64,000 nucleotides of DNA from Gemmatimonas sp. (GTDB lineage Bacteria > Gemmatimonadota > Gemmatimonadetes > Gemmatimonadales > Gemmatimonadaceae), in NCBI GenBank assembly GCA_965279375.1, contig OZ257156.1:2048001-2112000 (forward strand), given 5' to 3'. Below the pieces are notes generated by a model. It ran no database searches, was not told the DNA's origin, and saw only the letters and a program-made list of their open reading frames with translations. This document shows positions 1-6,978 of this stretch, piece by piece (the first letter of the stretch is position 1; each line of letters begins with the position of its first letter). A program made the translations under genes and the position numbers.

Positions 1-1
1 C

Positions 2-712
2 ACGGTCACACCGACGGGCGTGTCGGCGCTGCCTGCGGTGACCACGAACAGCACGGGCACCTACACGGTTACGAATGTGCCTGCGGGTGGCGGTGCGCTT
101 GCGCTCGCGTCGTTGCCGACTGGATGCACGCCTCCCGCGAGCCTGACGTACAGCGGACTCACGGCGGGCGGATCACTCACGAGAGACCTCGTGCTGAACT
201 GCGTGGCCGGACCGCACACCTATCCGGTGACGGCCACGTGGGGAGCGGTCACGACAGGCGGCCCGACAGGTCGTCAGGTGACGCTTACGATCGCTGTCGA
301 CATGGGTAGCGCACCCGGTCGACCGGATGTCGCTGGCAATGCAGCCGATCCGATGGCCGCCATCACGCTCGCGGTCGCGTACGACTCGACGAAGTTGGCC
401 TATCAATCCCGCACGCTGTTGTCGCCGAACGAGTTCGATCTGGGCATCGCCGGCACTGTCGCCGACACTATCCCCGCCAATGCTGGACAAAAGATCACCA
501 CCGTTGCAGTCGCGAGTTCGGCGGGCGTGGTGAAGACTGGTTCGTTCCAGCTTGTCAGGGTCCTGATGAACATCCGCACCGTGGGTGCTGGCACCGTTAC
601 TCCCACGCTCACGGTCAGACAAATGCTCGCGGACACTTTTGCTGCACCGCAGAAGAACGTGACCTCGAGCGTGGTGGTGCAGCCCATTCCGACATTGACG
701 ATTCCACCCTGA
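2..712 (+). CDS. 5'-truncated surface protein: Cys-bracketed Ig-like module plus C-terminal cohesin-like domain; paralog of 1320-3116
   Basis: Frame is open from the window edge (TVTPTGVSALP...). Shares motifs with 1320-3116: LPxGC...RDxVxxC, AV(D/N)MGSAPG, FDLGIAGTV, NVTSS. Cohesin-like segment AAITLAVAYDSTKLAYQS. Confidence 0.75.
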   Translation, partial: TVTPTGVSALPAVTTNSTGTYTVTNVPAGGGALALASLPTGCTPPASLTYSGLTAGGSLTRDLVLNCVAGPHTYPVTATWGAVTTGGPTGRQVTLTIAVDMGSAPGRPDVAGNAADPMAAITLAVAYDSTKLAYQSRTLLSPNEFDLGIAGTVADTIPANAGQKITTVAVASSAGVVKTGSFQLVRVLMNIRTVGAGTVTPTLTVRQMLADTFAAPQKNVTSSVVVQPIPTLTIPP

Positions 713-814
713 TGAATGACGACGCGGCGCGATGTTGCGTCGCACGTGGTGTCGTGACACAGAACCGATCGTGGCGCGTTGCGAGTATCGCAGTGCGCCA
801 CGATTCGCGTTTGA

Positions 815-958
815 TGTATCGACAGCTGTGTCGCGCTCTGCATCGGTCTCAGCGTCGACATTCAAAGTGAACGATGCATCGGCAATTGTATCGACGACTG
901 CATCGCGAATTGTATCGAGCATTGTATCGACCGTTGCATCGACATCGCGATCGCATGC
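815..958. repeat. Degenerate 12-bp tandem repeat, about 12 units, consensus TGYATCGnnnnn
   Basis: Units read directly, e.g. tgtatcgacagc, tgcatcggtctc, tgcatcggcaat, tgtatcgacgac, tgcatcgcgaat, tgtatcgagcat, tgtatcgaccgt, tgcatcgacatc. Confidence 0.8.
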
Positions 959-1094
959 GCATGCAACATCGTGTTCGACCGTGCGCGTGCGAACCTGTAA
1001 CATCTGCAGAGGGCCGATCTTTGATACAGAAGAAAGGTTTGGTTTGTGACAGGGGTCTCCGATGATAGGGCCGTTGGTCCCCCCCTGGTCTTTC

Positions 1095-1210
1095 CGCACG
1101 AGCGCACGACAACGGCAAAGCTGACGAAAGTCAGCGACGCAAAACCACGAAGCTACCGCGCAAACACTTCTTGATTCTCGACAGCAATGCGTTGCGCATT
1201 GTGGTCGCAA
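1095..1210 (+). ncRNA. c-di-GMP-I (GEMM-I)-like riboswitch aptamer
   Basis: GGCAAA-GCTGAC-GAAA-GTCAGC-GACGCAAAACCAC at 1114-1148 matches the GEMM P2 signature (GCAAA, stem with GNRA loop, GACGCAAA). ACCAC can pair with GTGGT at 1201-1205. The 3' half is atypical. Confidence 0.6.
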
Positions 1211-1319
1211 TCATCGCCCTCAGGGCAACACCGCTTTGCGCCATGCTGGTCGGGTCACCGAACGAACGAGCTGGAACGGACCTCTTGCTAACACCAATCG
1301 CGTAAGAGGTTTTCTCCAC

Positions 1320-3116
1320 ATGCAAAGTTTTGCGAACATTGGTCGCCGCGTTTCGGCGTTGACCGCCCTCCTCGCACTCGGCGCGTGCGCCGAGCAGAAT
1401 GCTCCAGCTCCTGTCGCGCCTGTGCTTCCGGGCGTCTCGGCGATTCCGACGCAGTATCGCGGCGCCGCGTTCATCATGGACGTGAGCTCGACGCGCAAGA
1501 CGGTGCGCATCACCGCGCCGTCCTCGAGCATCAACTCGCGCCTGAATCCGAACGTGCTCTCCGGCGACGCGAACTACTCGCTGCTCGGCGGTGACGCCAT
1601 CGAACTGGTCACCAGCAACTTCCAGGCTGGTGCACTTGGTGCCGTGGCGCCGAACAAGATCCTGATCACGTTCGACATGCAGATCCTCAACAAGCTCGCG
1701 GGTCTGCGCCTCGACACGCCGACGTTCCCGACTCCGCCGTCTGGCGTCACGGGTGTGCAGGCGTTCCCGTTTGAAATCAGCGTCACCAGCTCTGCCGGCA
1801 GCGTCGGCTCGAGCGGCAATGAAGTCGTCGTGACCACCCCGCGTGGTGGTGTGGTGGAGCCCAGCAGCGATTGGGGCAACCTGCCCCTCGGCGATGGCAA
1901 CAACCACAACTTCTTCAACGATGTTGGTTGCACGGCCACGTCGAACGATTGCTTCCGCTACGAGCCGTTCGCCGCTGTTGGACCGTCGGGCACGTCCGCC
2001 GCGCAGCGCGTCGGCTTCCTGATCGATCCGACCGTTGGTGACTTCCGCGCGAAGATCATCGTTGCGGCCGATCTTGCCCCGGCCGTTGCTGCGGCCCCGG
2101 GCACGGTTGACGGCACGGTGACGTCCAACATCGGCCCGGTCTCCGGCGCCACGATCTCGGTGACGGGTGGCTTCACGGGCACGTCCAGCGCGACGGGCAC
2201 GTACTCCATCGGCAGCGTCACGTCGGGCCCGAACAAGACGGTCTCGATCTCGAACCTCCCGGCTGGTTGCACGGCGAACCAGGCCTCGTTCAACAACCTG
2301 ACCGTTCCGGCGGCTGGTACGCTCACGCAGAACTTCGTCCTCACGTGCGCTGTCCCGACGGGCGGCATCACGGGCACGATCACGAAGCAGCAGGACGGTT
2401 CCGCGCTGGTCGGTGTCAGCGTCGTTGTGACGCCGAACGCTGGCGCCGCGCTCGCCGCTGTGACGACGGCCGCCAATGGTGGCTACAACCGCTCGGCCGT
2501 GCCGACGATCCCGAACAACGGCACGATCACGCTGTCGAACCTGCCCGCTGGTTGCGTCAACGCTGGCCCGTACACGTACACCGGCCTCACCACGGGTGGC
2601 CTGGTTCGCGACATCGTCGTGAGCTGCCCGCCGGCCCCGGTGACCTACGCGCTGACGGGCACGTGGACCACGACCGGCTCGCTGCCAGGCACCCGCACGG
2701 CTCGCCTGACGTTCGCCGTCAACATGGGCTCGGCCCCGGGTAACCCGACGATCAACGGCACCGCCGCTGACGAACTCGCCGGCATCACGATCGGCGCGAA
2801 CTACAACGGCACGCAGCTCACGTTCGCCAACCGCAGCGGCCTGCTCGATCCGCCGTTCGACCTCGGCATCGCCGGCACGGTCGGTGGTGGCACGGCCAAC
2901 GCGACGACGACGATTGCCGTCACGTCCGGCAGCGGCGGCACGCAGGCGGGCGCGTTCACGCTCGTCTCGCTGAACTTCACCATCCCGGCTGGCGTCGCGA
3001 GCGGCACGTCGATCACGCCGACCATCACCGTCAACCAGGCTCTGGCCGGTGTCGGTGGCGCGAGCAACGTGACGTCGAGCTTCACGGTCAGCGTCCCGGC
3101 CCTGATCGTCCCGTAA
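1320..3116 (+). CDS. Lipoprotein with two Cys-bracketed Ig/carboxypeptidase-regulatory-like modules and a C-terminal cohesin-like domain
   Basis: AAGAGG RBS upstream of ATG 1320; lipobox LLALGA-C; Thr/Gly/Asn-rich; two GTVT/GTIT...NLPAGC...C repeats; C-terminal LAGITIGANYNGTQLTF...LVSLNFTI; strong GC3 codon bias. Confidence 0.85.
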   Translation: MQSFANIGRRVSALTALLALGACAEQNAPAPVAPVLPGVSAIPTQYRGAAFIMDVSSTRKTVRITAPSSSINSRLNPNVLSGDANYSLLGGDAIELVTSNFQAGALGAVAPNKILITFDMQILNKLAGLRLDTPTFPTPPSGVTGVQAFPFEISVTSSAGSVGSSGNEVVVTTPRGGVVEPSSDWGNLPLGDGNNHNFFNDVGCTATSNDCFRYEPFAAVGPSGTSAAQRVGFLIDPTVGDFRAKIIVAADLAPAVAAAPGTVDGTVTSNIGPVSGATISVTGGFTGTSSATGTYSIGSVTSGPNKTVSISNLPAGCTANQASFNNLTVPAAGTLTQNFVLTCAVPTGGITGTITKQQDGSALVGVSVVVTPNAGAALAAVTTAANGGYNRSAVPTIPNNGTITLSNLPAGCVNAGPYTYTGLTTGGLVRDIVVSCPPAPVTYALTGTWTTTGSLPGTRTARLTFAVNMGSAPGNPTINGTAADELAGITIGANYNGTQLTFANRSGLLDPPFDLGIAGTVGGGTANATTTIAVTSGSGGTQAGAFTLVSLNFTIPAGVASGTSITPTITVNQALAGVGGASNVTSSFTVSVPALIVP

Positions 3117-3132
3117 CGACTCTAGATCCGAC

Positions 3133-3165
3133 GCCTGGGCTGGCGCGACATGCGCCAGCCCAGGC
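3133..3165 (+). promoter_or_regulatory. Perfect 14-bp intergenic stem-loop without a U-tract (mRNA stabiliser or attenuator)
   Basis: gcctgggctggcgc-gacat-gcgccagcccaggc between co-oriented genes. Confidence 0.6.
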
Positions 3166-3198
3166 TACGGTCCCCCTCATATTTCGGAGACACACCTC

Positions 3199-5496
3199 AT
3201 GAAGGGCTTTACTTTCCGGGGCGCCACGATCGGTCTGGCGTCGCTCGGACTTTTGGCTGCCTGCGACCGGAGCGAGATGCCCAGCGCGCCTGCGGCGCCG
3301 CTGGCCGCCCGCTCCAACCTGGCGCTCGAAGTCTCGAGCCTCACCGCCCGTACTGGTGACACGGTCGCCGTCGCGCTTGCGAACGGCACCGGCCTCGAAG
3401 TCGGTGGCGTGCAGGGCACGCTCCGCTTCGACCCGTCGCAGCTGCGCTACCTCGGCCAGCTTCGCGATGGCTCGAGCGAGCAGATCATGATGATCAACGC
3501 CAAGGACGCCGCCCGCGGCGAACTGCAGCTCGTCGTCGCCGACGGCAAGGGCATCGATCACAGCCAGCCCGTGCTCTTCGCCGTGGTCAACAACGGCTAT
3601 TCCGCCGGTCTCGACTTCGACGTGATCGACGCGACGCTCAACAGCTCCCCGGTTGCGCGCGTCAAGATGTCGGTGGAAGACGGTGTGCAGGTCAACGGTG
3701 CGCTGGCCCACTCGGGCACGCCGTCGACGATGTCGCTGCAGGATTGGAAGCAGGCGCTGGGTGGTGACGTCTCGCGCGATCCGGGCGAAGTCCGCAACGG
3801 ACTCGTGTTCGGCGATACCGATTTCAGCGGCGCGCTCGACCTCGTCGACGCGCTGTACGTGATCAACGTGCTCGTCGGCAACGCCGAAATCATCGTCGGC
3901 ACCGACGGCTCGGGCCCGAGCGGCGATCGTGACGGCGTGGTGGCCGCCAACGTGCAGCCGTTCAACCTGCCGGGTCTCGGCGAAGTTGGCGACGCGACTC
4001 CCCCGGGCCTCGAGCCCGATGGCACGCGTCAGATCGCACTCGATGACGCGCTCGCGATCATCAACGAGTTCGTGGGTAACAACCAGTCCGTGGTCGGCGA
4101 AATCATCCCGGGCCGTCCGGCTGCGCCGGCGACCAACCGCGTGCTCGTCGGTGACCCGGCGGTCGGAACGACCAACATCACGACGAACACCACGTGGACG
4201 AAGAACAACATCTACGAGCTGATCAACGAAGTCGTGGTGACCGGTGGCGCGACGCTGACCATCGAGGCCGGCACGCTCATCGAAGGCCGTCAGGGCCAGG
4301 TCGTTGGTGGTGTCTCTCAGGACGGCTCGGCGCTGTACATCGCGCGTGACGGCAAGATCAACGCGGTGGGCACCCCGTTCGAGCCGATCGTCTTCACCTG
4401 CAAGGGTGCCAAGTCGAAGGGCTGCTGGGGCGGCATCTCCATCCTCGGCAACGCCTCGAACAACCGCTCCGGCACTGCGACGAGCCCGGTCATCGCGGGC
4501 CGCGCGCCGACGGGTGGCTGCCTCGAGACGGCGTCGGAAGGCCGCACCGCGAAGCTCTACGGTGGCTGCAACGACGACGATGACAGCGGCACCCTGCGCT
4601 ATGCGCGCATCGAGTACGCCGGCTTCCGCTTCACGGCCACGAATGAGCTGAACGGCCTGGCGCTGTACGGCGTGGGCCGCGGCACGACGCTCGACCACAT
4701 TCAGGTGCACGCCGGCCTGGACGACGGCATCGAGTTCTTCGGTGGCACGGTGAACGCCAAGTTCCTCTATCTCACGGCCAACTCGGACGACTCGTTCGAC
4801 TTCACCGAGTCGTTCACGGGCAACGTGCAGTTCGTCGTCGTCCAGCAGGACTCGCTCGATTCGGACAAGGGTCTCGAGATGGACAACAACAACGTGAGCG
4901 TTGCACTGCACAGCACGACGCCGCGCTCGGCGCCGAAGCTGTACAACTTCACGGTCGTTGGTAAGCAGTTCGTGACCAGCACGTCGGGCGCCGCCGGCAA
5001 CAACTCCGTGGGCGGTCTGCACGCGCGCGTTGGCGCCCTGCCGAAGATGTTCAACTTCATCGTCCAGAACTTCCCGTTTGCGCTCGACCTGGACGACGCG
5101 GCCACCGGCGACAACTGCGGCACGGCCACGGGCCTGCAGCTGACGAACTCGATCTTCGTGCAGAACACGCGTCTGGACGCGTCCGACACCGGCGATCCGG
5201 CCACGTGCGGCGCTGACGAAGCGGCGTTCATCAGCAACCCGGCCTACAACAACACGACGACGGGTTCGAGCCCGCTCATCAGCCCGCTCAACGTGCTGGT
5301 GCCGGACTTCCGTCCGGCGTTCGGCTCGGCTACGGGCGGTGTCGCCCCGCCGGCGAGCCCGGTTGGCGCTCCGGCTGGCTTCTACGACGTCACCGCCACG
5401 TACATCGGCGCCGTGAAGCCTGCAGAAGCGACGAAGAACAACATCCCGTGGTACGCTGGCTGGACCCGCGGCTGGGCCACCGCTTCCACTCCGTGA
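3199..5496 (+). CDS. Lipoprotein: cohesin-like domain, dockerin-like duplicated Ca-binding motif, and C-terminal beta-helix-like domain
   Basis: GGAG RBS; lipobox LLAA-C; GDTVAVAL...VGGVQGTLRFDPSQLRY (cohesin-like); FGDTDFSGALDLVDALYVINVLVG and PDGTRQIALDDALAIINEFVG (dockerin-like pair); DDSGTLRYARIEYAG...NELNGL...DDGIEFFGG, a motif set I recall from uncharacterised surface lipoproteins. Confidence 0.85.
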   Translation: MKGFTFRGATIGLASLGLLAACDRSEMPSAPAAPLAARSNLALEVSSLTARTGDTVAVALANGTGLEVGGVQGTLRFDPSQLRYLGQLRDGSSEQIMMINAKDAARGELQLVVADGKGIDHSQPVLFAVVNNGYSAGLDFDVIDATLNSSPVARVKMSVEDGVQVNGALAHSGTPSTMSLQDWKQALGGDVSRDPGEVRNGLVFGDTDFSGALDLVDALYVINVLVGNAEIIVGTDGSGPSGDRDGVVAANVQPFNLPGLGEVGDATPPGLEPDGTRQIALDDALAIINEFVGNNQSVVGEIIPGRPAAPATNRVLVGDPAVGTTNITTNTTWTKNNIYELINEVVVTGGATLTIEAGTLIEGRQGQVVGGVSQDGSALYIARDGKINAVGTPFEPIVFTCKGAKSKGCWGGISILGNASNNRSGTATSPVIAGRAPTGGCLETASEGRTAKLYGGCNDDDDSGTLRYARIEYAGFRFTATNELNGLALYGVGRGTTLDHIQVHAGLDDGIEFFGGTVNAKFLYLTANSDDSFDFTESFTGNVQFVVVQQDSLDSDKGLEMDNNNVSVALHSTTPRSAPKLYNFTVVGKQFVTSTSGAAGNNSVGGLHARVGALPKMFNFIVQNFPFALDLDDAATGDNCGTATGLQLTNSIFVQNTRLDASDTGDPATCGADEAAFISNPAYNNTTTGSSPLISPLNVLVPDFRPAFGSATGGVAPPASPVGAPAGFYDVTATYIGAVKPAEATKNNIPWYAGWTRGWATASTP

Positions 5497-5505
5497 CCTG
5501 ATTCA

Positions 5506-5552
5506 TACACAGTCTACGGAGACGGCGAGTCGTCGTCTCCGTAGACTATGTA
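5506..5552 (+). terminator. Long (~22-bp) hairpin after the cohesin-dockerin gene; terminator or stabiliser
   Basis: tacacagtctacggagacggcg / cgtcgtctccgtagactatgta inverted repeat with one mismatch and one G-U pair; no clear U-tract. Confidence 0.55.
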
Positions 5553-5631
5553 GATCGACGCGTGTTGCGGGGGGGCGCCATCTGGCGCTTCCCCGTTTCG
5601 CGTCTCCCGACGACTGGTCTCCAGATCCCTC

Positions 5632-6963
5632 ATGTCCTCGTCGCTCCGCCGCCTGTTGGCGCGACTCGCGCTCCCCGCGCTCACCGTTGTCACCGTCGCC
5701 AGCTGCGTTACCGACGCTGCCACCGGTCCGACGCGTCAGCCGCCGTACCTCGCGATTCTCATCAACGTCGATGCGCCGAAGGAGCTGGCCACCGGCGGTC
5801 CGTACACGTTTCGCGTTCGTGAGCTCTCTGGCACGATCAAGTTCGACACGACCTTCCGCGCGTCCGTCCGCGACACGGTGATCATTCCCGTCACGGCGGC
5901 CACGTACCGCGTCGACATTTCCGACGTGCCGGCCACCTGCGGCGTGCGTGACGGCAACGCACAAGCGATCGTGGTGCCGCCCAACACGAACACATCACTC
6001 ATTCGCTTCTCGCTGACGTGTTCTGCGTCGCTCGTGGTGGCCGCCGCCGTCGACGGCTTCGGGATCGATTCCGAGTTCGTGGTGACCGTACAGGACAGCG
6101 CTGGCAAGGAGATTGGTGCCATTCTGCCGGCCAATGACACGATTCGACTCGAAGGAATCGCAGCGGGTCGCTACGATGTGACGCTGCGCCACGTGGCCGA
6201 TAACTGCGTCGTCATCAGCGATGGCGGACTCGTAGTGCCGGTCACGATCCGTCCGTCCGGTGGGGCCTTTGTGCCCTTCCGCGTGATCTGCTCAGAGGTA
6301 GCCAAGCGTCCGCGCATCACGCTGCTCGCCGGCACGTACGCGGACGGGTCGATCGGGTATGTGATTCGAGCGGCAGATCCGGACCGTGACGTGGAACGCA
6401 CCTTCGTGGACGTCACCGATTGCAATCAACGCTCGGTGCTCCCCGGCGGCGGACGACGACGTGGCGCATTCGGTGGCTGGCCGAACGTGACCGGTCGCGA
6501 CACGGCGGTGATCATGGGGGCGTACGATCTCAACGTCTCCGACTCACTCTTCACCAATCGCTGCCTCGGCGCGTGGGTGGCCGACAGCCGTGGCAACACC
6601 TCTGCCTTCGTCGAGATTCCGCTCAGGCGCAGCGATGTCGCGCGTCGACCCGTCGTGAGCGCCTTCAACGGGCGGCTGAACGGCACCAAAAGCATCTTCG
6701 TCGATCTGACCGTGCGCGATCCGGACAACGACTTCGTGGGCCTCTTCACCGTCTATCTCGTGCGCGACGGTGTGCTGAGTGCGTCCGACGGCGTGCCAGA
6801 CCGCGTCGTCTTTCAGCCGGCGGGTGTGCTAGGCAACACCGTGCCTGAATTCCTCGTCAACATCGGCTTTGGCAATTGGAACGACTACTTGGGCGTCGTG
6901 CTCTATGCCTTTGACCGTGCGGGCAACTTCACCCGCATGCAGGACCTGACGCTCGAGTTCTGA
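5632..6963 (+). CDS. Hypothetical lipoprotein with four Ig-like modules
   Basis: Lipobox VAS-C; two YxVxxxxVxxxCxV...FxxxC modules and two modules with DPDxD...DxxGN motifs. Confidence 0.8.
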   Translation: MSSSLRRLLARLALPALTVVTVASCVTDAATGPTRQPPYLAILINVDAPKELATGGPYTFRVRELSGTIKFDTTFRASVRDTVIIPVTAATYRVDISDVPATCGVRDGNAQAIVVPPNTNTSLIRFSLTCSASLVVAAAVDGFGIDSEFVVTVQDSAGKEIGAILPANDTIRLEGIAAGRYDVTLRHVADNCVVISDGGLVVPVTIRPSGGAFVPFRVICSEVAKRPRITLLAGTYADGSIGYVIRAADPDRDVERTFVDVTDCNQRSVLPGGGRRRGAFGGWPNVTGRDTAVIMGAYDLNVSDSLFTNRCLGAWVADSRGNTSAFVEIPLRRSDVARRPVVSAFNGRLNGTKSIFVDLTVRDPDNDFVGLFTVYLVRDGVLSASDGVPDRVVFQPAGVLGNTVPEFLVNIGFGNWNDYLGVVLYAFDRAGNFTRMQDLTLEF

Positions 6964-6978
6964 GTCTGCAGGCGATGG

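Noticed and set aside
815..958. Possible CRISPR array
   Set aside because: The period is 12 bp with a 7-bp core, far below CRISPR repeat and spacer sizes, and no cas genes are present in the window.
173..1210. 345-aa minus-strand ORF and small overlapping ORFs in 732-1118
   Set aside because: Overlaps the real plus-strand gene and the riboswitch-like motif, with no recognisable domain. Only the Asp-periodic part is kept, as a repeat finding.
3088..5022. 644-aa minus-strand ORF (similar long antisense ORFs at 20473-22527, 45144-47183, 48302-49969, 52477-54096, 59777-62911)
   Set aside because: Shadow ORFs opposite well-supported genes. Strong GC3 bias removes antisense stops, and the products are Arg/His/Val-rich with no motifs.
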